64,000 nt of DNA from Octopus vulgaris (taxonomy: Eukaryota): assembly GCA_951406725.2 (NCBI GenBank), contig OX597837.1, forward strand, positions 37,758,001-37,822,000, written 5' to 3'. Below the pieces are notes generated by a model. That model did no database searches. It was given only the letters and a program-made list of their open reading frames with translations, and had not been told where the DNA came from. The stretch's first letter is position 1. Every line of letters begins with the position of its first letter. Position numbers and translations under genes: made by a program. This document shows positions 51,626 to 64,000 of this stretch, in pieces.

Positions 51626-51950
51626 ACAACACCCAAAGCATCTTGGTTCAAGGGTGTCTCAACCAGCGAAGAAGGTTGCAATGTGGACAATAGCACAGGA
51701 AAATGGCAGAAGTTATGGCCTAGATGCTGCCCCCAAACGCATTAGAGTGTAAAGAATTAAGGGCCAAAAGATTGAGGGATAGGGCTTATAACACCCAAAG
51801 CATCTTGGTTCTAGGGCGTCTCAACCATCGAGGAAAGCTGCAATGTAGACAGTGGCACAGGGAAACGGCAGCGGTCATGACCTAGATGCTTCCCCCAGTT
51901 GCCTTAGAGTGTAAAAAATTAAGGGCCAAAACATTGGTGGGGAGGGCTTA
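51626..51950. repeat. Diverged tandem duplication, two units of about 162 bp
   Basis: aacacccaaagcatcttggttc...ttagagtgtaaa.aattaagggccaaaa.attg..gg.agggctta occurs twice. Confidence 0.85.
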
Positions 51951-53148
51951 TTCCCTCCCTAGAGTTTCTTGCTGTATGATGTTTTAATAAATCCCCTTTT
52001 AAAGCTTTAAACATATATTGTGTGAAGCTAATTCAGTTTTATCCTATATCTTTTTCACATATTTCAGTTACAGGGCTGTGGCCATCCTGGGGCACCATCT
52101 TGAAGGGTTAAGTCAAACAGATTCATCCCAGCACTTCAAGTCTGACACTTATTCCATCTGACTCAATATGCTGAGCTACTAAGTTACAGGGATGTAAACA
52201 AACCAACACTGGCTGTCAGGGAGTGACTGGACACATACACACATATATACATAAATGCCTACTAAATGTGGAAGTCTCTCTATGGTTGTACTGCCATGCA
52301 GTGGGATTGAACCCAGACCCATGTGACCAGGAAGTGTACTACATACCACACTGCCACACCTGTGCTTCTCAATTACGCTTACAATTTTCTCTTAAAATAT
52401 TTAAAAAATTTGGCCTTTTGAATATTTGCTCTTTCAAGCTTTCAGTATTTTGATATGTAGGTCATTGGAATCGGACCTTCTCACAACCATTTGGCCAAAT
52501 TCCAAGTGATTTTGAAAACATGAATACCAAACGCTTCAAAGCACCGAATCAGAAAATAATGAATTTTGGGATGTTTTAGAGGAAAATTATAAGGAGTGTG
52601 GCGATGAAAGACATTTATTTATGGTGTTAAAATATATGTGTATAGACAAACACACAAATATATGTATGTATTTATGTATATATATATGTACATACATAAA
52701 ATCACATGTCTCTTCCATCTGTTGTCCAAATTGATTTGTCATATATATATATTTTGTATGTATAATATAACAATGTTAGAGAAATACCATTGGTTTCATG
52801 TATACACAGATATGTACATATATATATATACACATACATACACAATATATATGTACATACACACATAAATATGTGTACATACATATATATATACACACAA
52901 ATATATGTACATATATATATATACACAGATATGTGTGTGTGTATGTATATATATACAAATATATATGTACATATATATATACACACAAATATATATATAT
53001 ACACAAATATATATGAAGATATATGTATATACACATATATGATTTTGATTTTCCAGTTTCAGCTAATGAGCTGTGGCCATGCTGGGGCACATATATATAT
53101 ATGTATATATATATATATACATACAAATATATACACACAAATATATGT

Positions 53149-53179
<31 letters not shown>

Positions 53180-53904
53180 CACACACACAGACAAATATAC
53201 ATGTACATACTATAAAGACACATATACAATTTCATTCTACACATTATACCACATATTCTACATGCAATAAACATACATTACTACACATATTTATACACAT
53301 CACTCATTATACATGATACAAATTACTTCATAAGTTACATACAAACACCTATATACACATTATATTCTGTTGACGATATATATAAAAGAGTGTGTATGAG
53401 TGATGGATATATCTATCACAAAAGCAGATAGTAACCTTCTCATTTGATATATTAGAAATAGCAGCTAAATTCATTCATAATATAAACCCATGTATAAAAT
53501 ATGATCTGGGTTAGGTTCTATTGCATGTGTGTGATCAATATAAAGCTGATGTAGGGTGAAACCACAAGGTCTGGGCGATTGCCCTTATGATGAAGGGCCC
53601 TGCCTAGGTCATCATATCTTTCCTCTTTTTCACAGCAAAAAAATATTTACAATGCCTTGTCAGTTTGCCTCATGGTCCCAGGTTGGGTGTGGAATTTACT
53701 GTAAGGATTTATAAACCTGTCAAACCCCAAGTGCAGGGAATGAAATTTGCTTAAGAAATACAAACCCAATTTTTCTGGAGGATGTTCAAACATTGCTGTC
53801 CCCACCAATCTTAAAGAATGTGCTTGCACCCTCACTGTTCTTGAGCTTATGTCAGACCCCTTTTCCTTGAGGGCCTTGACTAAATCATCATGTTTTCTAT
53901 TTTT

Positions 53905-53938
<34 letters not shown>

Positions 53939-55509
53939 AAAATGGCTTGTCAGTCTGTCTTGTGCTCCCAGGTTGTGCATGAAATTTACTGAAAATATTT
54001 ATAAATCTGTCAAACCCTAAGAATGGGAAATGAAATTTGCTTCAACCCCTTAGCATTTAATCTGGCCAAATCCAGCCCAAATATCCCACCTGCTTTATGT
54101 TAAAGCTGACCAGATCCAGCCTCTCATACCCTATAATGTCATTCTAAAAATATACAAACACACCGTTGAAATCTCAATGCTACAAGATAATGTATGATTA
54201 AACCATAACAATTTTGGCATTAGGAAGGGCATCCAGTTGTAGAAACCAAGCCAAATCAGATTGGAACCTGATGTAGGTCTCTGGCTTACCAGTTCCAGTT
54301 AAACTGTCCAAACCCATGCCAGCATAGAAAACAAACGTTAAATAATGATGATGATGATGATGAAGATAATATATATGCTATAAGCTTAACTACAGAATTG
54401 TGCCTCATGACTGACTTTGTTTCCTCATAACTTTTGCTAAAACAAATGTTTCACATGGTGTGTGCATATATATATATATATATATATAAAATTTAATAAG
54501 GGTAGTAATTGATATTAATCAATTAAAACCAGTGGCCTAGCATATTAAAAAAACTCCGAAGATTACAAATATTTTTACATACAAAATTTAAAGGACTGAC
54601 CACTAAAAGTGGACAGTCAATATGCTAGATATAGACGTCAAAATCGGTATTTTCCACGAAGAATGTGTTCTCAAGAAAAAAACTCAGCAAAAAAACCAAA
54701 GCGTAAAAAATAAGCAATACAATTGAAAATATACGCAATATATATATATATATATATACATACATACATACATACATATATATACCTACATACATACATA
54801 TATACACACATATATATATATACACATACATATATATATATACACATACATATATACATACATATATATATACATACATATATACATACATACATACATA
54901 TATATACATAAATACATATATATACATAAATACATACATATATATATACACATAAATACATACACATAAATACATACATATACACACACACACACATAAA
55001 TACATACATATATATACACACACACATATACATACATACATAAATACATACATATACACATAAATACATACATATACATACACACACACAAATACATACA
55101 TATACACACACACACACATACACACACACACATGTATATATATATATATATATATACATACATACATATATATGTATATATAAATGGCTATCCTTTGATA
55201 GAACTCACAGAAATGTCATTTTTGATCAGCTAATATGGCTATTTGTACCAGGCTTGCAGTAATTGTCTATCTGAACCCCTCCCCTCAAAAATACAAGCCT
55301 TGTGCCAAAATTAAGAATTATGGTAAAGCGGCGAGCAGACAAAATCGTTAGTGTATCGGACAGAATGCTCGGCGACATATCTACCGGCATTTTTTACATT
55401 CTGAAATGAAATTCAGCCGAGATTGACTAAAAACGACTCGGCCACGCCTGCAAAATTTCAGGCCAAGTGTCTATAGTAGAAAAGATCATCATCATCATTA
55501 TTATTATTA

Positions 55510-56500
55510 AGGAGGTGAGCTAATAGAATTGTTAGCACGCCGGGTGAAATGCCTAGCGGTCTTTCGTCTGCCGCTACGTTCTGAGTTCAAATTCCGCCGA
55601 GGTCGACTTCGCCTTTCGTCCTCGATAAAAATTAAGTACCAGTTACGCACTGGGATCGATGTAATCGACTTAATCCGTTTGTCTGTCCTTGTTTGTCCCT
55701 TCTATGTTTAGCCCCTTGTGGATAGTAAAGAAATAGGTATTTCGTCTCCCGCTACGTTCTGAGTTCAAATTCCACCGAGGTCGACTTCGCCTTTCATCCT
55801 TTCGGGGTCGATAAAAATTAAGTACCAGTTACGCACTGGGGTCGATATAATCGACTTAATCCGTTTGTCTGTCTATGTTTAGCCCCTTGTGGGTAATAAA
55901 GAAATAGAAATAGGTATTCCGTCGGCCACTATGTTCTGAGTTCAAATTCCGCCGAGGTCGATTTTGCCTTTCATCCTTTCGGGGTCGATTAAATAAGTAC
56001 CAGTTACGCTCTGGGGTCGATGTAATCGACTTAATACCTATGTCTGTCCTTGTTTGTCCCCTCTGTGTTTAGCCCCTTGTGGGTAGTAAAGAAATAGGTA
56101 TTTCGTCTGCCGATACGTTCTGAGTTCAAATTCCGCCGAGGTCGACTTTGCCTTTCATCCTTTCGGGGTCGATAAATTAAGTACCAGTTGGGCAATGGAG
56201 ATCGGTGTAATCGACTAGTACCCCTCCCCGCAAATTTCAGGCTTTGTGCCTACAGTAGAAAGGATTATTATTATTATTATTCTTGAGGCGGCGAGCTGGC
56301 AGAATCGTTAGCACGCCGGGTAAAAAGCTTAGCGACATTTGCGTCCGTCTTTACGTTTTGAGTTCGAATTCCGCAGAGGTTGACTTTGCCTTTCGTCCTT
56401 TCGGTATCGATAAAATAAGTACCAGACGAATACCGAGTTGATGTAATCGACTTATAGACCGGCTACGAAATTGCGGGCCTTGTACCAACATTTGAAATCA
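55510..56500 (+). mobile_element. Cluster and tandem array of SINE family B bodies (CpG-rich)
   Basis: One head followed by four ~180-bp body repeats, then a further copy at 56286. Confidence 0.9.
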
Positions 56501-56602
56501 TTATTAATCGGCAAAGTGACTCAGAGTTTCGTATGAATCTCGTTCTATTAGTCCAGTTTGTTCCCGTAAATGTGTGTGTATATGTGCGTATATATGTATA
56601 TA

Positions 56603-56821
56603 CGAGAGGGGTGCTGAAAAATTCCTGACTTTAAGGGTGTCGTGAATGGCCTGGTTGGTGGCCCGACTTTCCGAGTTCTTCTACAGAGCTTAGAAAAACT
56701 GAAGGACCATTGCAATAAGCGTGTGAATCTCATAGAAGAATATGTCGAATAGAATCATAATTTACAGAGCCTCTTGTATTTTCTTTTTAATCCAAAGCCA
56801 GGTACATTTTAGAACCCCTCG
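56603..56821 (+). mobile_element. Mariner-derived MITE with TA TSD
   Basis: TA-CGAGAGGGGTGCTGAAAAATTCCTGACTTT...AAAGCCAGGTACATTTTAGAACCCCTCG-TA. The internal LEKLKDHCNKRVNLIEEYVE* resembles the mariner C-terminus. Confidence 0.8.
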
Positions 56822-57290
56822 TAGAGGTATGTATATATAGTGCTTGTGTTTAATTGACAAAACATGACCACTCCAAGCGCATATATATATATATATATAT
56901 CCAACGAGTTTAGGGTCTGATGAAACGCTGTAAAGCCAAGCGCTTTATATGAACGTGGCCCATAAACCGGCCACATTCTACGTCTCTGGATATCTTTCTC
57001 TCCTCTCAGTTTCTATCTATCTATCTATCTATCCCTAATACCGGGTGTACGTATTCTTTACTTTCGCCATATATATATATATAATTGTGTGTGTATATAT
57101 ATATATACTCTTTTACTTGCTTCAGTCATTTGACTGCGGCCATGCTGGAGCACCGCCTTTAGTCGAGCAAATCGACCCCGGGACTTATTCTTTGTAAGCC
57201 CAGTACTTATTCTATCGGTCTCTTTTGCCGAATCGCTAAGTGACGGGTGTGTGTGTGTACATATATATATATATATATAATTGCGTGTGT

Positions 57291-57331
<41 letters not shown>

Positions 57332-59024
57332 ACTACACTTCAATCTTAGCAAAAAGGCCGTGTGTGGCATAGCTCTTTGCGTCTCTTTAGATTCTGGTTT
57401 CGAATCGTACTGGGGGACGATGGTGGATGTAGGGCTAATTAAGGGGTTGGTTGGTGGGTTGATATGTCGGTCGATAAAATGAATGACAAAAATGAAATAT
57501 ATACGATAGGTATGATTTGAAGGCAATTTGAGACTGCTAATTATAGTAGATCGTGCGATCAGGAACAGGCGTATTGAGATATCCATCTACTATCTCTCTG
57601 TGGCGTGAATGTGTGTACGTACATGTGTTGGTGTGTGTGTGTGTATGTATAGTGTTAACTTTGCCTTTCATCCTTTCGGGGTCGATAAATAAAGTACCAG
57701 TTTCGCACTTGGGGTCGATATAATCGACTCAATCCCTTCGTCTATCCTTGTATGTCCCTTCTACGTTTAGCCCCTTCTGGGCAGTAAAGAAAGTACCGAA
57801 ATATATATATAAGTATAACTACACAAATGTGCCCCTGTCTATATGTATGTGTGTTTAAATATATAAGTATATAGGCATACCTACACAAGTGTGCCTCTGT
57901 ACATGTATATCTACAACACACACACGTATGTATATGTATGTATATATATATATATATATTTTAGCGGTTTGAGTTTGGCTGCTCTTTCTGGTGAGCCGAA
58001 TGGCCTATCAGGGCCATTCCTTAATATTGTAGAAATTATATATATATGTGTGTGTGTGTTCACTCACACACATATGAACAAATATACGTGTGTGTGTGTG
58101 TGTGTGAAAGAGATTTACTTCCAGTTAAGTGAAGCATCGATCGTGTAGACGACCTATGAGCCAGATACATTCCAGCTATGATCATCCCATCGATAAAAGA
58201 AAGAAAGAAAGAAAAAAAAATAGACACATTACATTAAATCACCTCTCTCTCTCCCCACCACCTCATCCTTGCACCCCCCCCCCCCCACATTAATTTGTGG
58301 CCTTGTCCCAGTAAGAAGGTAATATTAGACTTTAACGTTCCACAAAAAACCAAAAAAAAAAGAAAAAAGCTCGGTAAGACAGGAATATCAAGGTTTGAAA
58401 TAGATAAAAAGATATGATACAATAAAAAAAAAACCTCTTTTCTTTTCCTTTTTTGATGTTATGTATTTCACGCACATTGATCACCGTCTGTATTTAATTC
58501 AATTATCACTTCGATAATTGATAATTTAGTTATGAATTATATATCCTTCATAGAACATACATAATTATTTTTTAAAAATATATATTCACGAAACCTAGGG
58601 ATATAACGTTAAAAGGTTTGCAACCAAAATGATTAATAAAATAGAATAAAGCTACTACAAACGAAAGATCGCCTAAAATACTATATATATATATATATAT
58701 ATTTTTACTTTAGGTAGGTAGTAATTGAGGAGACTTTATGACTAACCCAATCAAGCAATGATTATATGATCATCCCGGCATTTTTTTTCCCTCTCTTATT
58801 TTTGCAGTCACGGTCTTCCTAGGACTACATCAGCCAACGTGTCCCTCTTTTTTTTTTCCTTCCTTCCTTTTAAAAAAATTAAAATACTGTATTAGGGTCT
58901 ATGTTTTTTCCCTTTTTTTTGTGAGAGAGAGATTTCGCTGTTGTTTCTAGCAACATTAGTAACCCCTCTCCATGTGGGTATATGAATTCAACACATATAT
59001 ATGCATGTATATATATATATACAC

Positions 59025-59055
<31 letters not shown>

Positions 59056-59200
59056 CACACACGTATATACACACACATATATATACACACACACACATAT
59101 ATATATACACACACACACATATATATATATACACACACACACATATATATATATACACACACACACATATATACACACACACACACACACACATATATAT

Positions 59201-59236
<36 letters not shown>

Positions 59237-59250
59237 TTAAATGAAAGGGT

Positions 59251-59960
59251 ACTCACCTTCAGATCTGTTACATATGTGGTGTATCATGTATGTGTATATA
59301 CATATATATATATATATGTATATACATATATATAAATGTATATATATTAGACATCGGTCAGGTGAAATGCAGAATTGAAGGTGAAAAACGTATGTCCATG
59401 ATCTACTTTTTTATACAAACACCACAATCGTATGAAATTAAATAAGCATAAAATATGATATGGAAAAAAAAAATTAGCGATTTTGATACAGTGCGTGTGA
59501 GCTGCCTCGTGGTCAAATCTATCGTTGTAATATATATATGTGTATATATATATGCATATATATATATATATATAGATGAGTGTGTGTGTGTGTAAGAAGT
59601 ATATATATATGTGTGTATATGTGTGTGTATATATGTATTTATGTATGTGTGTATAATGGTTTTCCACACCTCTTAACAGCAAAGCAGTTGTAATGTAAAG
59701 AGCGAGTGAGAAGAGGAAGAGAGAGTGATTCGAACTCCCGCTCTCTCTTTCTACCTCTTCCCTCTCTTTCCTATCTTTAGATCTAGGTGAGTGTGTATGC
59801 GAATGTGTGAGTGAATGTGAGTGTGAGTGAGTGAGTGTAAGCGTGTGTGAGTGAATGAGTGAGTGTGTGTGTGTGTGGTGTGAGGAGGGGAAAGAGGTGT
59901 GTGTTATAACAATAGGTATCACGTGACGTGCAGTAAAGCGACTCGACACGACGGACTGGC
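59251..59960 (-). promoter_or_regulatory. Candidate promoter and first exon of the minus-strand (mir-184 host) transcript
   Basis: Consensus donor AAG|GTGAGT (exon end 59257). Unique CpG-retaining sequence. Overlapping E-box/CRE-like TCACGTGACGT at 59919-59929. TSS not determinable from sequence. Confidence 0.4.
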
Positions 59961-59999
59961 TGTGGTCGTCTGGAGAGTAAGAGTAGTAGTAGTGTGAGA

Positions 60000-61055
60000 A
60001 GTTTGGAGTGGAAGGAGTAGGAGAGAGAAGGAGAGAGGGAGAACGAAGGGAATGGAGAAAAATCAGAGAGAGGGAGAGGAAAGTGAATGGGGAGAGGGAG
60101 AACGAAGTAAATGGAGAAAAATCAGAGAGAGGGAGAGGAAAGTGAATGGTGAGAGGGAGACGGAGTAAATGCAGAAAATCAGAGAGAGGGAGAGGAAAGT
60201 GAATGGGGAGAGGGAGAAAAAGAAAGAGAGAGAGAGATAGAGGTTGCGGAACTGAGAGAAACCGTGAGTGAAGGAGAGGAGAAAAGGAGGGAAGGTGGTT
60301 AGAAAGGGAGAGTGAGAATAGAAGAGAGGAGAGAAAGGAGAAGCAGACAAGAAACAGAGAGTGAGGTAGAGGGAGAAATAGAAAGGTAAAGAAAAAAGGT
60401 GAGAGAGAAAATAAAAAAAGGGAGGAGAGTGAGAGTGAAAGGTAAGAGGAAATATGAGAGAGAAGGATGAGTAGCAAAGGGAGAAATGAGAAGACTGTGA
60501 GAGAGGGAAGAGAGTAAGCGGCACGGAGAAAGAAGCGAAAACATGATAGACAGAGGAGAGTAGGAGTGAGGGAGAGAGTGGCAAAATGGTGAAAGGATTG
60601 AAGAAATGAGAGAGGGAGAAGAGTAGAAGGTAAAAGGTGGTAAAGAGAGAAGAGTGAGAGGTTAAAGGTGAAAGGATAGAATGTGAGGGACGAAGGAGAG
60701 TGAGAGACAATAGGTGAAAGGATGGAAGAAATTTGAGAGGGAAAGGAGTGAGAGGCAAAAGGTGAAAGGTTAGGAAATGTGAGAGAGGGTGGAGAGCGAG
60801 AGGTAAAAGGTGAAAGGATAGAAAACGTGAAAGAGGAAGGAGAGAGAAGAAGAGCAATGGGGAAATTAAAATAAAATGGCGAATCTATGGACGGTAAAGA
60901 GGTAGAGACAGATAGATAACCAGATATAGGCAAATAGATACACGCATACGGATGTACACATACGTCCATAGACATACACAAATGCATAACATATATATAT
61001 ATAGATAGATACGCACGTACACACAAAGGCGCGCAAATACACGCAAGAGAAGGAG

Positions 61056-61102
<47 letters not shown>

Positions 61103-62057
61103 TAGATAGAGAGAGAGAGAAAGAGAGAGAGAGAGAAACAGCGACAGAAGGAGAGATAGATAGACATAGAGGGAGAGAGAGAGAGATAGAGATAGAGAGA
61201 AAGAAACAGTGGCAGAATGAGAGGAGAGATAGATAGACATAGAGGGAGAGAGATAGAGAGAGAGAGAGATAGAGAGAGAAACAGTGGCAGAATGAGAGCA
61301 GAGAGAAGGAGAGATAGATAGAGGGAGAGAGAGAGAGATAGAGAGAGAAACAGTGGCAGAATGAGAGAGGAAGAGGAAAGACGAGATGGAAAATGAAGTG
61401 GAAAATGGAAGAGAAAGAGGTCATAATATAAGGGCGATAGATAGATAGATAGATGGATGGATAGAGACTGAGAGGAGAGAAAGATAGCCAGAGACGTAGA
61501 AAGAGAGGGGAAAGGACAACCAAAGAGGAAGGAATATGTGTGTGTTTATGCGTGCGTGTGTGTGTGTGTGTATTAATATTTTTGTGTGCGTGTGTAGAAA
61601 GACTGTTAAGAGCATATATGAGAGAGATTCAGTGAGAGCAAACTAGAATGAGAGAGATAGAGAGAGAAAACGGCAGATAATGGAGTAAAAGAGAGAGAGA
61701 GAAGAGAGGGCTAAACGGATAGTAAGGGAGTAAGTGAAAGAGCGACAATGAAAGAGAGAGAGACGGGGGAGAGAGAGGGGGAATACAATAGTACAAGAAT
61801 GGGACATAAAATGGAAGATAATTGGACAGAAAATATTGTAGGACAGCGTGTTTGATAATTTCGAGGTGTTCTCGGGTTTTGTCCTGGATAGAAAGACAGA
61901 CAGACAAATGGATGAAACGACAGATAGATAGATAAATAGAGAGAGATGGAGCTAGAGATAGATAGATAGATAGATAGATAGAGAAATAAATAGATAGATA
62001 GACAGATAGATAGATAGATAGAGAAATAGATAGATAGAGAGATAGATAGATAGAGAA

Positions 62058-62154
<97 letters not shown>

Positions 62155-62245
62155 GAAATAGATAGATAGAGAGATAGATAGATAGAGAAATAGATAGATA
62201 GACAGATAGATAGATAGAGAGAGAGAGAAATAGAAAGACAGAGAG
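60000..62245. repeat. Long purine-rich low-complexity region with ~59-61-bp minisatellites and (GATA)n
   Basis: GA-rich plus strand; repeat units at 60030-60215 and 61080-61370; (GATA)n at 61955-62220. Confidence 0.85.
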
Positions 62246-62482
62246 TGAAGGCAGTTTTTCTTTTCTTTTCTTTTTTTTTAAATTCAAAAATGTTTTTTCT
62301 ATATATCGTACGTTTATTAAACGTTATTTTATTTGATTCTAGATTGCTCCCGACCCATGCAACCCCAGTAATTTTCTCACTGCCAGCGAAATGTACTGAT
62401 ATGCAAATGGCTGAAGTCACCGCATTTTTTTCGTTTACATATTTTGGTATAAGTTTGCTCCAAGTTGCTCTCTCTTTCTCAT

Positions 62483-62598
<116 letters not shown>

Positions 62599-62611
62599 GC
62601 ACACACACATA

Positions 62612-62960
62612 TTCTCTTATTCTTTTACTTGTTTCACCGCCATGAGGTGTTTCATTCAGTCGAGCAAATCGACCCCAGGACTTATTCTTTTAAAGACTAG
62701 TGCTTATTCTAACCGCTAAGTTACAGGGACGTAAACACACCAACACCAGTTGTCAAACGGTGATGGCGTGGGGGACAAACACAGACACAAACACACACGC
62801 ATACGACGGGCTTCTTTCAGTTTCCGTCTACCAAATCCACTCACAAGGCTTTGCTTGGCCCAAGGCCTTTGTAGAAGACACTTGCCCAAGGTGCCATGCA
62901 GTGGGACTGAACTCAGAACCATGTGTTTGGGATGCAAGATTCTTACCACACAGCCACGCT
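62612..62960 (-). mobile_element. SINE family A (variant)
   Basis: Matches family A with small deletions. Confidence 0.8.
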
Positions 62961-63287
62961 TTTATATATCTTATCGTATGTTTCAGTCATTGGACTGCGA
63001 CCATACTGGAGCACCAACTTTAAGGGTTTTAGTCAAACAAATCGATTCTAGTACTTAAAAGTGGTACTTATTCTATTGATCCTTTGGCGAACTGCTAGGT
63101 TACAGAGACGCAGACAAATACTATTATCAAAGCAATCACACACACACAGAGTAGGTTCCATTCACTCACAAGGAATTGGCTGACCCAGGGTATAGTAGAA
63201 AACATTTACCCAAGGTGTGCCGTGCGGTAGGATTTAACTCGGAACCACATGGTTGCAAGGCAAGGTTCTTCACCACGTTGTTAGTCA

Positions 63288-63923
63288 TACCTATTTCTTT
63301 ACTGGCCACAAGGGGCTAAACACAGAGGGGACAAACAATGACAGACAAACGGATTAAGTCGATTACATCGACCCCAGTGCGTAACTGGTACTTAATTTAT
63401 CGACCCCGAAAGGATAAAAGGCAAAGTCGACCTCGGCGGAATTTGAACTCAGAACGTAGCGGCAGACGAAATACCTATTTCTTTATTACCCACAGGGGTT
63501 AAACACAGAAGGGACAAACAAGGACAGACATAGGTATTAAGTCGATTACATCGACCCCAGTGCGTAACTGGTACTCAATTTATCGACCCCGAAACGATGA
63601 AAGGCAAAGTGGACCTCGGCGGAATTTGAACTCAGAACGTAACGGCAGACGAAATACGGTTACGCATTTCGTCCGGCGTGCTAACGTTTCTTATTTCTTT
63701 ATTGCCCACAAGGGGCTAAACACAGAGGGGACAAACAAGGACAGACATGGGTATTAAGTTGATTACATCGACCCCAGTGCGTAACTGGTACTTAATTTAT
63801 CGACCCCGAAAGGATGAAAGGCAAAATCGACTTCGGCCGGAATTTGAACTCAGAACGTAGCGGCAGACGAAATACTGCAAAGCATTTCGCCCGGCGTGCT
63901 AACGATTCTGCCAGCTCGCCGCT
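63288..63923 (-). mobile_element. Tandem SINE family B bodies
   Basis: Three body repeats, with the head at about 63880-63923. Confidence 0.88.
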
Positions 63924-64000
63924 TTGTAGTTAGTCATACCAGCGCCTACATACTCAAACAAAAAACTATAAAAACAACAGCAAAAAATGAAAACGTTACA

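Noticed and set aside
53545-53615. Possible hammerhead (GAAACC-ACAA-GGTC with nearby CTGATGT and ATGATGA)
   Set aside because: Neither first box is canonical and stem II needs an insertion; probably chance.
59347-61167. 606-aa minus-strand ORF
   Set aside because: Ser/Leu/Phe/Pro-rich translation of the (CT)-rich strand, which naturally lacks stop codons; no domain recognised.

Overview
Repeat-dense, AT-rich eukaryotic DNA with no intact host protein-coding gene. The repeat landscape (tRNA-derived SINEs with internal (TA/TG)n, RTE, CR1/L2, Penelope and Dong/R4 remnants, piggyBac/mariner/hAT MITEs, very long microsatellites) suggests a coleoid cephalopod, most likely Octopus; this is inference. 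Almost all ORFs in the supplied track are microsatellite or SINE artefacts. The one clearly recognisable host gene is mir-184 on the minus strand (mature 16911-16932, exact match to the conserved sequence). It lies inside a splice-signal-bounded 304-nt segment (17092-16789), probably an exon of a long non-coding host transcript whose first exon and promoter may lie near 59.3-59.9 kb. A tRNA-Gln(CTG) gene or pseudogene is at 33490-33561. The most unusual signal is a set of minimal type-I hammerhead ribozyme motifs (Penelope/retrozyme type) from at least three different repeat families. One family joins a tRNA-like Pol III head to the hammerhead. All copies seen here carry substitutions, so activity is untested.
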